Origin: Planctomycetota bacterium
GTDB taxonomy: Bacteria; Planctomycetota; UBA1135; GCA-002748355
NCBI GenBank assembly: GCA_011321845.1
Contig: DROQ01000132.1
Coordinates: 1,796-65,795, forward strand
Direction: 5' to 3'
Length of the DNA: 64,000 bases
Position numbers and translations under genes: made by a program. Under the pieces are notes generated by a model that saw only the letters and a program-made list of their open reading frames with translations, was not told the origin of the DNA and searched no databases. Each line of letters starts with the position of its first letter. The first letter of the stretch is position 1. This document shows positions 17,996 through 28,248 of this stretch, in pieces.

Positions 17996-18868
17996 CTATT
18001 GGGGAGAGGTCGGGACGACCAGGACGGGGGCTTCCACCATCCTCAGAGTCTTTTCGGCCACGGACCCCATGAAGAAGCGATCCAGCCCGCGGTACCCATG
18101 CGTCCCCAACACCAACAGGTCCACCTCGTTCTTTTTGATGAAGGATGAAAGGGCGTTCCAAGGCTGCCCGCTCAAGAGTTTCCCCTCGACCCTGACCCGC
18201 TCGGAGCGCAGCCCCTGGACCAGGTCCTCCATTTGGGTTTTGCGGTGCTCTCTGAGCTTCACCCAGTTCTCCTCCACCGTCGCCGTGGGAATGGCGAAGT
18301 CCGCCATCCATGCGGCGTCCTCCAGGACATGGAGGACATAGCCCTTGGCGCCGGATTCGTGAGCGAGGTGCCGAAAGGTTTCAAACGCGATGAAGGAGGC
18401 ATCGGAAAAGTCGGTCGCGAAGGCGATCTTTTTGATCTTGCGACCCTTGGGCAAGGTGGGTTTCACGACACAGACGGGAACAGGCGCACCCCGGACGAGG
18501 CGCTCGGCGACCGAACCGAGGAGCAGGCGCCGGAGGCCCTTTCTCCCGTGGCTCCCTGCCACGCAGAGATCGCAATGGTTTTCGCGGATATCTTTGAAAA
18601 CCGCCTCGTGAACAGCACCCTCCTTGAGAGCGATTTCGATCTTGAGCTTGCCCCGCCCATGCCTCTTCTCCAGCTTTTTCAAGCTGTCCATGGCCGAGGA
18701 CTCGAGGTCTCCCACATCGAGGACTCCATCGAAGGGCAGCACCACCCCCTCGTCCAGGACATAGAGGAGGCGAAGCGTCCCGTTGGGACTCGCCATTCTT
18801 TTGGCAAATTCGATCGCCCGATCTGAACAAGGACCAAAATCCGTTGGAATGAGGATCTTGCGAAACAT
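17996..18868 (-). CDS. tandem universal stress protein (UspA) domain protein
   Basis: MFRKILIPTDFG..., two Usp units each ending in G(S/T)HG..G motifs (VAGSHGRKGLRRLLLGSV, VLGTHGYRGLDRFFMGSV). ATG 18868 is preceded by GGAGGT. Confidence 0.85.
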   Translation of the reverse strand: MFRKILIPTDFGPCSDRAIEFAKRMASPNGTLRLLYVLDEGVVLPFDGVLDVGDLESSAMDSLKKLEKRHGRGKLKIEIALKEGAVHEAVFKDIRENHCDLCVAGSHGRKGLRRLLLGSVAERLVRGAPVPVCVVKPTLPKGRKIKKIAFATDFSDASFIAFETFRHLAHESGAKGYVLHVLEDAAWMADFAIPTATVEENWVKLREHRKTQMEDLVQGLRSERVRVEGKLLSGQPWNALSSFIKKNEVDLLVLGTHGYRGLDRFFMGSVAEKTLRMVEAPVLVVPTSPQ

Positions 18869-19005
18869 CTTTGACCTCCAGGTCGGGACAGTGGTTGCCA
18901 GGCTTGGCCCAGGCGGTTCAGGAGAATCTTTCGAAAAACGAGCCTGCCTCGGCTGGGGAGAGAGATCAAGAATAACCTCTGTCCACAACGGAAGGGAATT
19001 CGAAT

Positions 19006-20019
19006 TCAAAGAAGGTCGGAAGGACTCTCGTGCGCCCTGAGAACATCGAGAACGTCTTCCACCCGAATGGATTCCATGCAGAGAGGTCCTTGGGGAAGCG
19101 AGCAAGAGGGTTTCCGACAAGGTCTGCAGGGAAGAGGGGTCTCCCCCTGGAGAACCCTCCCTCCCCGGGGACCCGTCCTCTCGGGATCCTGGGGGCCGAA
19201 CAGAAAGAGGGTCTCCGCCCCCGCGGCGTCCAGGACATGCATCGCCCCCCCGTCATGGCCGAGAGCCCGCCCTCCCGTTTCGCGGAGATGGGCCCCCAGG
19301 GCAACCAGCTCCTCCAACCCCCCTTCTCCTTCCTGGCGGAGACAGGAAACCCAAGGAGGGAGGACCAAGCTCCTCTCCCTAGGCCCAAGGAGCACCAGGG
19401 CGGGCCCAGGGAGCCTCCGATAAAGTGCGATGATACGCCGCAGGGGCCAAGCCCTTGGATCCGAGGCCGCTCCAGCGACCAGAACATCCAAGGGTGCTTC
19501 CCCGGCGAAGCCCAACTTCTCGAGGGTCTTCCGCAGCCGGACCCGGGCGGCGGAACTCGGAAAGAGATAGGGCGGTGGAGGAAGAGGGGGGAGGGCCTCC
19601 TCCAGGGCGAAGCAGGCCAGTTCCCAGGCACGCTCCGCCATCCCCCTGGTTGCGGAGGGCGCCATGCGCTCCTCCCACAGCAAACCGGCCCATGGCTCCC
19701 TCAGCTCGGGCCGGGCAAAACCCACCACCCGCTTCAAACCGAGGACCTTGGCAAGAAAAGCGCTCTTCCAATTCCCCTGGAGATCCAAACCCAGATCAAA
19801 ACCTTGACGCCCCTTCCCTCGCAACGCCCAAGAGCCCTTCCATCCCCTCCTCCAGATCAGCGGGGAAACCCAAGATCCCAGCAGGGACTCGAGTCCCGCG
19901 AAACGATCCTCCAGGAGCCAGGAGACTCGATGCCCTCCCGCCTCCAAGGAACCCGCCAGCGGAAGAGCCTGCACAATATCCCCCAGGCTCGAAAGGCGAA
20001 GAATGAGGACCCGACTCAC
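19006..20019 (-). CDS. glycosyltransferase family 9 (heptosyltransferase-like)
   Basis: N-terminus VSRVLILRLSSLGDIVQALP is typical of GT9. GTG 20019 overlaps the upstream TGA (GTGA coupling). Confidence 0.75.
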   Translation of the reverse strand: MSRVLILRLSSLGDIVQALPLAGSLEAGGHRVSWLLEDRFAGLESLLGSWVSPLIWRRGWKGSWALRGKGRQGFDLGLDLQGNWKSAFLAKVLGLKRVVGFARPELREPWAGLLWEERMAPSATRGMAERAWELACFALEEALPPLPPPPYLFPSSAARVRLRKTLEKLGFAGEAPLDVLVAGAASDPRAWPLRRIIALYRRLPGPALVLLGPRERSLVLPPWVSCLRQEGEGGLEELVALGAHLRETGGRALGHDGGAMHVLDAAGAETLFLFGPQDPERTGPRGGRVLQGETPLPCRPCRKPSCSLPQGPLCMESIRVEDVLDVLRAHESPSDLL

Positions 20020-21524
20020 TTGGGAGTCCTCTTGGAGAGGACAAGTGTTTTCCTGCCCACCCGAAAGCGCTCCCATTCCTGGGTCTTTGCGGGAAAGGGA
20101 TGCTCCCCCGGCACGCCTTCCTCCCAAAGGATCCAAGGCTCTCCCCTGTAAGGAGATTGGAAAAACTCGCTTTGCCGGATCTGGGGTCCCAGCTTCCAGA
20201 GGAGGTAGGGGGGAACATGCCCCCAGGCGAACACAGGCTGCTTGCCCACAATGCCGGCGAGATGACGCAGCCCTCCCACGGGACTCCTTTTGGGGACGGC
20301 ATTCCAGGCCTTACGATCCACGCCCAGAAACAGGACACCGCAGACTCCCAGCGCCAAGACAATGGGGCGAGGCCCACGAAGAAGGGCAGCGAGGGGGAGC
20401 AAGAGCAAGGCCCAGGGGAGGACACGCATCCAGGATGGGTGCTGGAACAGGAGAACGACCCCAGCCACGAGTCCCAGCCCTCCGAGGACCCGCCGGAGGA
20501 AGAAGGCTGGATCGTGTTTCCCCGGCGGGAAGGCCCCGCGGCGCCAAAGGTCGTAGAGCACCAAAAGCCCTGGGAGCAGGGCGGGAAGCACGTAACGGGT
20601 AGGGCGATGGGGCGTGAAGAGAAGGGCCAGAACCCCCAGGGCAAAAGAGAATCCCAGCGCGCGAAGGCCAGGCTCAGGAGGCTCCTTGGGGCGCCTCCAA
20701 CCCCCGAGAAAAAGAAGAAGGGGAGGGAGCCCCATCGCGCAAACCGAGAGGAGGAAGAGCGGAGCGCTCTTGAAAAAATGCCAGAGGGGGAAACCGCTGT
20801 TCCTTCCCACCGTCTCCCGTTCCCAAATGGTGAGGAGCTGCCCCCAGTCGAGCCCATGGGAGAAAAGGAGCGCCAACCATAGGGCGGAAGGAAGCAGAAG
20901 CCCCAGTCCCCAGGCGCCGATCCCCACCCACCGCTTGCTCCGCAGCAAAAACCAGAGGGGGCCGGCAAAAAGGATGGGTGCCATTGGCCCTTTGATCGCG
21001 ACAGCGAGGCCCCCGACCAGCCCCGCCCCGAAGAAGACGCCCCAGCTCCTCCCCGGAGCCCGAAGCAGGGAAGCGAGCAGGAGGAGGGCGCTCCCAGTGA
21101 GGGCGGCGAACCCCCCATCCATCTCGGCCGAGGTCCCGAATTTGAAAAGAAGGGGATGGGTGAGAAAGAGGGCGAAGCAAAACCAGCGGTCCTTCCCGGG
21201 CCATCCCTGCTGCGCGAGGAAACGCGAAAGAAGAGCAAAGAAGAGAGCGAAAAGGAGCAGGGAAGGCAAGCGAGCGGCGAAGCGGTTCTTGCCGAAAACC
21301 AGCATGGAGAGGGCTCCAAGCTGGTAATGGAGGGGAGGCTTGGTCAGGGTCGCCTCGCCCCCCAAGCGAGGGAGGACATAGTCTCCCGATTCGACCATGT
21401 TCCGGGCAATCACCGCCCGGCGGGCTTCGGTGCCTTCGAACTCCCCGATTGGGAGAAAGGGTCCCCAGGCGAGGAGTGTCAGTAGAAAAAAGAGAAGGCC
21501 CTCGAACCGTGCCCGGCCCATCAA
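20016..21524 (-). CDS. ArnT/PMT-like glycosyltransferase family 39 (GT-C) membrane protein
   Basis: EARRAVIARNMVESGDYVLPRLGGEATLTKPPLHY followed by about 12 hydrophobic helices. Confidence 0.8.
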   Translation of the reverse strand: MMGRARFEGLLFFLLTLLAWGPFLPIGEFEGTEARRAVIARNMVESGDYVLPRLGGEATLTKPPLHYQLGALSMLVFGKNRFAARLPSLLLFALFFALLSRFLAQQGWPGKDRWFCFALFLTHPLLFKFGTSAEMDGGFAALTGSALLLLASLLRAPGRSWGVFFGAGLVGGLAVAIKGPMAPILFAGPLWFLLRSKRWVGIGAWGLGLLLPSALWLALLFSHGLDWGQLLTIWERETVGRNSGFPLWHFFKSAPLFLLSVCAMGLPPLLLFLGGWRRPKEPPEPGLRALGFSFALGVLALLFTPHRPTRYVLPALLPGLLVLYDLWRRGAFPPGKHDPAFFLRRVLGGLGLVAGVVLLFQHPSWMRVLPWALLLLPLAALLRGPRPIVLALGVCGVLFLGVDRKAWNAVPKRSPVGGLRHLAGIVGKQPVFAWGHVPPYLLWKLGPQIRQSEFFQSPYRGEPWILWEEGVPGEHPFPAKTQEWERFRVGRKTLVLSKRTPK

Positions 21525-21862
21525 GTCCCCGGAGTTTTTTCTTTTTGAATCAGGAGGAGGTTACGGATGTAGATCAGGAACCCGGAAACCTGGCCAATGA
21601 TGAAAATAGGATCTTTTCGAAAGATCGCATAGGCAAGAAGGATCGAAGCGCCCAGAAGAGAGAGCCACCAAAAGGCCGTTGGAATGACGCTGCGTTTTTT
21701 GGACTCGCTGACGATCCACTGGACAAGGAAGCGGGAGAAAAAGACTGCCTGCCCGATCCCCCCAATCACCAACCAGGTCGTTGGAATGCGGGGTGCTTCT
21801 TCCACGAGACTCGCCAAACTCGCCAGTAAGGGATCAGCCCCTGAAATCCACGCATTCAACAT
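21521..21862 (-). CDS. lipid-A-biosynthesis N-terminal (LAB_N) domain membrane protein
   Basis: IGQAVFFSRFLVQWIVSESKKRSVIPTAFWWLSLLGASILLAYAI matches the LAB_N pattern from memory. ATGA overlap with the GT39 gene. Confidence 0.75.
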   Translation of the reverse strand: MLNAWISGADPLLASLASLVEEAPRIPTTWLVIGGIGQAVFFSRFLVQWIVSESKKRSVIPTAFWWLSLLGASILLAYAIFRKDPIFIIGQVSGFLIYIRNLLLIQKEKTPGT

Positions 21863-22644
21863 GCTTTATCCCTCTCTTTTGGTGCTTCTTCCCGATCCTC
21901 GATCAGAAGCTCGCACTCATACAGAATCAGGCGTGATTTGAGCCAGCGGACCCCCAACAGGTCCCGAAAAGCCCGGAAAGCCCGATTCCCCACTCCGTAC
22001 TTGGCCGTCCCCGCGTGCCGCTCCCGATGGTTCACGGGGACCTCCACCACCTTCCCTCCCACCATGCGCACCAGGGTGGGAAGGAAGCGGTGCATCCCAT
22101 TGAAACGCGGAATCTTGCTCAAGACTTCCTTTCGAAAACCCTTGATCCCGGACGCCGAATCGATCACATGGTCCCCCGAGAGCTTGTTGCGGATGAAGTT
22201 GGCCACCTTGGAGGAGATCCTGCGGATCCAGGGATCCTTGCGATGAATCCGGGCCCCCGAAACCCCATCCGCTTCCTTCAGAGCCTCCAGGATTTTGGGA
22301 AAATCGTGGGGATCATTTTGCAGATCCCCATCCATCATCAAGACAATATCGGCCCGAGCCTGATCGAACCCAGCGCAGACGGCAGTGCTCTGGCCCGAGT
22401 TCTTCGCCAACTTGACGATCCGAAGCTGGGGAAAGGTTTTCTGCCGTTTCAACAGGAGAGAAAGGGTGCGGTCCGTGCTTCCATCGTCCACGGCAAGAAC
22501 CTCGAAGGCCCCAAGAGGGATCAACACCTCTTCGAGTTCATCGACCAGGGCGTCCACGTTCTCTTCCTCGTTGTACAAGGGGACGACAAGGCTGAAATCG
22601 GGCCTTGGGGACGACGGAGGTCGGAAACCGGAACCCGGCATCAA
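21856..22644 (-). CDS. glycosyltransferase family 2 (polyprenyl-phosphate sugar synthase, ArnC/DPM1-like)
   Basis: SLVVPLYNEEENV, LAVDDGSTDRT and MMDGDLQNDP motifs. Confidence 0.85.
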   Translation of the reverse strand: MMPGSGFRPPSSPRPDFSLVVPLYNEEENVDALVDELEEVLIPLGAFEVLAVDDGSTDRTLSLLLKRQKTFPQLRIVKLAKNSGQSTAVCAGFDQARADIVLMMDGDLQNDPHDFPKILEALKEADGVSGARIHRKDPWIRRISSKVANFIRNKLSGDHVIDSASGIKGFRKEVLSKIPRFNGMHRFLPTLVRMVGGKVVEVPVNHRERHAGTAKYGVGNRAFRAFRDLLGVRWLKSRLILYECELLIEDREEAPKERDKAC

Positions 22645-23291
22645 GCAGCCCCTATCCGCTCAAGGAGCGCGAAACGATGCCCGGACCCCAACTTGGAAAG
22701 TGTCGGGGCCATCACCAGGCGAAAACCCTGCTCGGCGGCCAGTTCCCGGACCCGCCCGAGAGAGAGGGTGCGCTTGGGCCGTTTCTTGTTGAAGGGCCGC
22801 CTCGCCCTCCTCCAGAGGTTTTTCAACGAGTAATAAGAGAAGAAGGTAAAGATCACATAGCGGTCGGCCACCCGGAGCAGCTCCCGCACATGCCTCTCCC
22901 GCTCCTCCACATCGTCGATGTGATGGTTGAGGCGAATACTGGCGACGCAATCGAAGCTCCGATCCCCGAGGGGCAGATGGAGGGCGGAGGCACGAAAATA
23001 GGGTGTGCGTCCATCCCCACCCAGTTCCCTCCGATTCCCTTCGAGCATGTGGAAGGACCAATCCCCCTCCACCACCCACTCCGCGTTCTCCAGAAAGATC
23101 TCTCGGAGCCTCCCCCTTCCACAAGGGATGTCCACCAGGGAGGAGACTTTGCCGGTCCTCGCGAAAATCTTTTTGAACAGCTTCTGCTCCAGTTTATGGG
23201 AGAGCTTGCGATGAAGCTTCGTCTCATACTCGGCGCGGTAACTCTCCGCCCCTTCCACCGAGTTGTACCTCGCCAATACCTTTGGATCCAA
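22641..23291 (-). CDS. class I SAM-dependent methyltransferase
   Basis: Motif I-like VDIPCGRGRL and the SFDCVASIRLNHH region. 4-nt overlap with the GT2 gene. Confidence 0.7.
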   Translation of the reverse strand: MDPKVLARYNSVEGAESYRAEYETKLHRKLSHKLEQKLFKKIFARTGKVSSLVDIPCGRGRLREIFLENAEWVVEGDWSFHMLEGNRRELGGDGRTPYFRASALHLPLGDRSFDCVASIRLNHHIDDVEERERHVRELLRVADRYVIFTFFSYYSLKNLWRRARRPFNKKRPKRTLSLGRVRELAAEQGFRLVMAPTLSKLGSGHRFALLERIGAA

Positions 23292-23361
23292 GTTTGCCTC
23301 CAGCTACGAACAGGCCCGATGGGCCATTTTTACCGCGCCTCTATGACTTTCCCAGGCCCCT

Positions 23362-25548
23362 TTAGGGGGATTGGACCCGAATGCGGGCATCGACGGCCAC
23401 CGTGGGAACACCTTTTTCTCCGGCGATCAGAGGATTCAGTTCGCACTCCTGGACCTCGGGGAAATCCAAGGCCAACTGGTTCAAACGAAGCAAAACCTCC
23501 TGCACCTTGGCCTTGTCCACCCCTGGCGCTCCCCGGTAGGGAGCCAAGAGCGCCCGTCCGCGGAGCCCGTCCATCATCTGGAGGGGGTCCACGTCCCGCA
23601 GCGGCCCCAACCGGACGACCACGTCCTTGAGAACCTCGACATGGACGCCTCCCAGTCCCAGGGCGAAGAGAGGTCCGAAGTAAGGATCCCTCGTAAAGCC
23701 CAAAAGGAGTTCCCGATGTCCCTTCGCCATGGCCTGGACTTCGAATTGCAGACCCGGATGCCTTCTGCCCAGGCGGCGGCGCATGTTTTGGATGGTTTCA
23801 TAGACCTCGTCTCCATTGAGGAGGCCCACGACGACCGCTCCCTGGTCGGTCTTGTGCACCAGACCCGCTCCCGTCGCCTTGACCGCAACGGGGAACCCGA
23901 CCCGGTGCGCGGCCGCCACCCCCTCCTCCGGAGAAGAGACCTGCACCGTGGAGACAAAGGGGATGCCATACTCCGCGAGAATCCCCCTCACGGCGCTCCC
24001 CTCGAGCCATCCCTCGGAATCCACCGCGGCCTTCCCAAGCAGCCTCCGAGCCTTCCTGGTCTGGACCCGATAGGTCTTGGGCACCCCGGTCTCCCGGGCG
24101 CACATTTGCCGGTAACGGATGAGGCCCGAGATCGTGTCGGCAGCCTCCTCCGGGAAGCTGAACACAGGAATCCCCGCGTTCTTCAGAAGTTCCACGGCCT
24201 CGTCCCCCCGCTGCTTCCCCATGATGCAGGTCACGACCGGCTTCCCATGCCCCTGCGTCTCCTCGAGAATGGTTCGAGCCACGGCCTCCGCATCGATCAT
24301 CACGGGAGAGACAAAGAGGACGAGCAGGGAGTCCACTCCAGGATCTCGCACCACCGTCCGAAGAACCTTGCGATATCGTTCGGGACCCGCGGAAGCGATC
24401 AAGTCAATGGGGTTCTGGATGCTGGCTTCGGGAGGAAGGACCGCGGCCAGCCGTTTCCGTGTCGAAGCCTGGAAGGTGGCGAGGGGAATCCGCCGCCCCT
24501 CCAGCGCGTCCGTTGCGAGGATCCCCGGCCCCCCCGCGTTGGTCACGACCGCCACCCGGTCCCCCTGGGGGATGGGTTGGTGCAGGAGAGCCCCTGCCAT
24601 GTTGAACATCTCCCGCAAACTCTCCGCCCGCAAAACCCCGGTCTGGAAGAGGAAGGTCTCCACCGCCTTGTCCTCCCCCGCGATGCTCCCCGTGTGGGAC
24701 CCGGCCGCCCGTGCGCCCGAGACCGTTCTCCCGGACTTCACGGCGATGATCGGCTTTTTGCATTTCAACTCTTCGGCAATCCGGCGAAAACGCTCGGCCT
24801 CCCCAAAAGACTCGAGATAGAGGAGGATCAACCGCACATTGGGGTCGTTGGCCCAGTACTCGCAGAGGTCGTCCGCGCCCACGTCGGCTCGGTTTCCCAC
24901 GCTGGCGAACATCCGAATCCCCAGCCCGATTTCCCGGGCATCCGAAAGGATGGCCTCCCCCAAAGCTCCCGACTGGGAAACGAAACCGATGTTCCCTGGG
25001 ATCGGCACCGAGGCGGCGAAGGAAGCATTCATCCGGACCTCAGGCTCCGTGTTCAGGATCCCCATGCAGTTGGGACCGATCATTCGAATCCCCGCCTTCT
25101 TGCAGATCCGGACCACCTCCTCCTCCAGGGCGGTTCCCTTGCCGCCAATCTCCCGGAACCCCGCGGAAATAATGACGATCCCTTTCACCCCCTTTTTGGC
25201 ACAGGAACGCACGACCTTGGGAACCAGGAGAGAGGGCACCACGATGATGGCCAGGTCGATGGGTTCCGGGATGGCCTCGAGGGAGGGATAGCAGGGAATG
25301 GAATGGACCACCTTGGCCTTGGGGTTGACCGGAAAGACCGGCCCCGCGAAACCTTGCCCCACCAGGTTGGCCACGATCTCGTAGCCAATGGACTGGGGAT
25401 TCCGCGAGGCACCCAGGACGGCGATCGAACGGGGCCTGAAGAGGCAGTCGAGATTGGTCGCCCCCCCTCCCCTCTTCCTGGAAGGCTTCCTCTTGGAAGC
25501 CGATGTTTTCGAAGCCCCTGCTCCGGGGTCCCTCTTTCGCGTGGCCAC
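23362..25548 (-). CDS. acetate--CoA ligase (ADP-forming) family protein, fused CoA-binding/ligase-CoA/ATP-grasp domains
   Basis: FRPRSIAVLGASRNPQSIGY, VFPVNPK, GPNCMGI, HTGS(I)AG and a C-terminal ATP-grasp. GTG start with a basic 35-aa N-terminal extension, so the true start may lie further downstream. Confidence 0.85.
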   Translation of the reverse strand: MATRKRDPGAGASKTSASKRKPSRKRGGGATNLDCLFRPRSIAVLGASRNPQSIGYEIVANLVGQGFAGPVFPVNPKAKVVHSIPCYPSLEAIPEPIDLAIIVVPSLLVPKVVRSCAKKGVKGIVIISAGFREIGGKGTALEEEVVRICKKAGIRMIGPNCMGILNTEPEVRMNASFAASVPIPGNIGFVSQSGALGEAILSDAREIGLGIRMFASVGNRADVGADDLCEYWANDPNVRLILLYLESFGEAERFRRIAEELKCKKPIIAVKSGRTVSGARAAGSHTGSIAGEDKAVETFLFQTGVLRAESLREMFNMAGALLHQPIPQGDRVAVVTNAGGPGILATDALEGRRIPLATFQASTRKRLAAVLPPEASIQNPIDLIASAGPERYRKVLRTVVRDPGVDSLLVLFVSPVMIDAEAVARTILEETQGHGKPVVTCIMGKQRGDEAVELLKNAGIPVFSFPEEAADTISGLIRYRQMCARETGVPKTYRVQTRKARRLLGKAAVDSEGWLEGSAVRGILAEYGIPFVSTVQVSSPEEGVAAAHRVGFPVAVKATGAGLVHKTDQGAVVVGLLNGDEVYETIQNMRRRLGRRHPGLQFEVQAMAKGHRELLLGFTRDPYFGPLFALGLGGVHVEVLKDVVVRLGPLRDVDPLQMMDGLRGRALLAPYRGAPGVDKAKVQEVLLRLNQLALDFPEVQECELNPLIAGEKGVPTVAVDARIRVQSP

Positions 25549-25637
25549 GGCCTTCTCCCTTGGTGAAAAAGGCGAAGACTATAGCGCCCCCAAGGAGGGG
25601 ACGGAAGGAGGAGCCCCCGGAAGGGGGGGCCATGTCC

Positions 25638-26519
25638 TCAGAAAGAGACGCCGAGTCCCAGGATGAAGCGGTGGTCCAGGCGGTCCTTGCCGTTCCCCGG
25701 GGTGTTGTCGTAGTCAAACTCGTAGCGGAACGAGCCCTTGACCCCCTTCCCGAGGTTCATCTCGAGGAGGTTCTTGCCGTAGAGGAGTTGGTCATTCATG
25801 TCCTCCAGGCTGGGGAGCCATTCCAGCTCCAAACGATAGGTGAAATCGGCGCTCAACTTCCGCATGTACTTGGTGGCCACGCGAGCGGAGATGTAGTCAT
25901 CCGAGGGTTGGGCCTTGAAATCCTCATAGGTGTGAGCAAGGCCGGCCTCGATCGACCACTCCATCACTTCGGTCTTGTCGATCTGGAGACCGCCACCAAC
26001 GCCTGAGATGAGACGGAGGCTGAGGGTCTGCTTGGCGTCCCCGGAGGCGTCCACGCGGGCATATCCATAAGCTTTCTTGGAAAAGAAGTGGTCATACTGG
26101 GCGGCTCCGCGAACACGCCGCTGGTTGAGGGTCGTGATCCCCGTGGTCTGGTTCTTTTCCTGGGAATAGTACCAATCGAAGAGCCCGGAGAGACGATCGG
26201 TTTCCGAGAAACGGTACTTGCCCTCAGCCGCGAGAGAGATCGTGCTGAGTTCGGTGTTGCCATAGGACTGGGAAGCGCCCAGGGCGACGGAAGCGTCCCA
26301 GTTGCGCTTGGCCTCCTTGGTGTCCTGCAAGGCGGCGGGAAGGGATTTGAGAGAGATCAACTCCCTGGTTCCGTCCGCGAAACGGATGGCGACATCCGAG
26401 ACGACATTCGGAGTTTCAGAGGTCGATTTGGGGGAAGGGGCGGCCTCGACGGCCAGATCCTTCACAAGGGGAAGCCCGGAAAAAAGAGCCGAGAGCAGAC
26501 AGACGCTTGCTCCAATCAT
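25638..26519 (-). CDS. DUF481 family outer-membrane beta-barrel protein
   Basis: Alternating beta-strand pattern ending in ...RFILGLGVSF (C-terminal Phe). Signal MIGASVCLLSALFSG. ATG 26519 is preceded by GGAGG. Confidence 0.7.
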   Translation of the reverse strand: MIGASVCLLSALFSGLPLVKDLAVEAAPSPKSTSETPNVVSDVAIRFADGTRELISLKSLPAALQDTKEAKRNWDASVALGASQSYGNTELSTISLAAEGKYRFSETDRLSGLFDWYYSQEKNQTTGITTLNQRRVRGAAQYDHFFSKKAYGYARVDASGDAKQTLSLRLISGVGGGLQIDKTEVMEWSIEAGLAHTYEDFKAQPSDDYISARVATKYMRKLSADFTYRLELEWLPSLEDMNDQLLYGKNLLEMNLGKGVKGSFRYEFDYDNTPGNGKDRLDHRFILGLGVSF

Positions 26520-26580
26520 TGTGTAAATCCTCCATTTGGAATCAGAAAGGCGGAGGATCATACCGGGAGAAATCCCCTTG

Positions 26581-28212
26581 TCATCCCCCCTTTGGAGACG
26601 CCGGAGGCAGGGCGAGACCATGCAAAGCGGCACGCCGGATCCGGAGGACGGTGGTGAGGCCGGGATCGCCCTTCTCCCTCCGAAGGCGTCGGAAGAGGAC
26701 CTGGGTCTGACGAAAGAGCCCGTCCTCGATCACATGGCTAACCCCCTGGCTCCTTAGGGTTTCGACCCAATTCCGCCCTTCCTTGTAGGCTGGCAGGGGC
26801 AGACAGGGGATGCCCGTCATCCAAGCGACCAGCCTGGGTTTTCGGGCGGCGAGCAGAGTGGGCCTGGGCAAAACCTTTCCTCGGCGCAGGGCCTGGAGCA
26901 AAAGGAGAAAATCGCCGTAGGCCTCGCGAACCGCGGAGCCCCTGGGACCCGACAGGAGAAGACCCTCCTCCCAGTGGTTCATGCGCACTTTTTCCAAGCC
27001 CAGGATCACCGCCTCATTCGGGAGCACGTCCCGATCCTTCCAACGGTCTCGATAGAGATCGGTGGAGGCATAGAAATGGAAGAGGGCGAGCGCGAGGGCC
27101 GAAACCGTGAGTGCCTGCCCCTCCTGGGAACTGCGCGGCAGGGGGGCCTTGGACCAGAGGAAGGAGAGGCCCCTCAGAAAATAGGCCGAGAGGAGAGGAA
27201 AGACCGGAATCAGGTAGCGGAGGGAGCGCATGGGAGCCAGGAGGGCCAGGAGAAGGCTGAACAACAGGACCGAATCCATGAGTCTCCAGCCCTGGGATCG
27301 AATGGCGACACCCCAACCGAAGAGAACCAGGAGGGTGAGGCCCCCAGTCAGGAAAACACTCGCGGCGACCTGGGGGCTACCCCCGATGCTGGCTCCGATG
27401 GCTTGGAAATAGAACGACGCGGACCCGAGAAGCTCCGAGATTCGCCCCCCCTGGAGGGCCGCCCATTCGCGTCCATAGCTCCAGGTCCCACCACCGGAGG
27501 TTTCGGCCACAAGGAACCAGCCAAGGACGGGCAGGGCTCCAGCCAGTCCCCAGACCAGAGGACCGCGCTGCCGGGTCTGGCGCCAGACCCGGAGAGCCGA
27601 GAGCCCGAGGGCGAGGAAGAGCACCATCCCCCCCACCCTCATGGAAAACCCCAGGAGGGCGAACACGAAGAGCGCCGGCCAGGGAATGCCGCGGGCGGCG
27701 CAAGGCTGTCCTCCTTTTTCCTTTCCCGCCTCCTCGGTCCCGAACCAAAGGAACAGCCCCAAGAAGAGCAGATAGGGTCCCTCGGATTGGATCCGCACCG
27801 ACTGCAGCAGGAAGGGAGTGAGCCCGAGGCTCATTCCGACGGCCCCGAGCCCAATCCTTCTCCCGAACCTGGCAGAGAGCGCTCGTCCCATTCCATAGAG
27901 CCCGAGGGCGGAGCAGAGGAGCACCAGGATTTTGAAGGGGATGTAACTGCCACCCCCGAACACCAGCCATACCCCCGCGAGGAGCAGAGGGAAACCGGGA
28001 GGGTAGTGCAGGTGGATGGGAGTCGTGGGGAGATGGGTGTCCCGGTATCCCACCCCCTCGGCCAGGGCGCGGCCGAGGCTCAGGTACTGGGCGCTGTCTC
28101 CTCCCATATCCCCAAGGGAGGGAGAAATCAGGAGCAGGCCGAGGATCAGGGTCAGGGAGGCCAGACCAAGGCTCGGACCATCCAGGGGGAACCGTCGGAA
28201 AATTGAGGACAT
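26581..28212 (-). CDS. GT-C fold (family 39/83-like) membrane glycosyltransferase
   Basis: GGDSAQYLSLGRALAEGVGYRD...YPPGFPLL N-terminal loop followed by many transmembrane helices. Confidence 0.6.
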   Translation of the reverse strand: MSSIFRRFPLDGPSLGLASLTLILGLLLISPSLGDMGGDSAQYLSLGRALAEGVGYRDTHLPTTPIHLHYPPGFPLLLAGVWLVFGGGSYIPFKILVLLCSALGLYGMGRALSARFGRRIGLGAVGMSLGLTPFLLQSVRIQSEGPYLLFLGLFLWFGTEEAGKEKGGQPCAARGIPWPALFVFALLGFSMRVGGMVLFLALGLSALRVWRQTRQRGPLVWGLAGALPVLGWFLVAETSGGGTWSYGREWAALQGGRISELLGSASFYFQAIGASIGGSPQVAASVFLTGGLTLLVLFGWGVAIRSQGWRLMDSVLLFSLLLALLAPMRSLRYLIPVFPLLSAYFLRGLSFLWSKAPLPRSSQEGQALTVSALALALFHFYASTDLYRDRWKDRDVLPNEAVILGLEKVRMNHWEEGLLLSGPRGSAVREAYGDFLLLLQALRRGKVLPRPTLLAARKPRLVAWMTGIPCLPLPAYKEGRNWVETLRSQGVSHVIEDGLFRQTQVLFRRLRREKGDPGLTTVLRIRRAALHGLALPPASPKGG

Positions 28213-28248
28213 CTAGTCTTGATCGGGTCGTAGAGCCTCGGGACTGGA

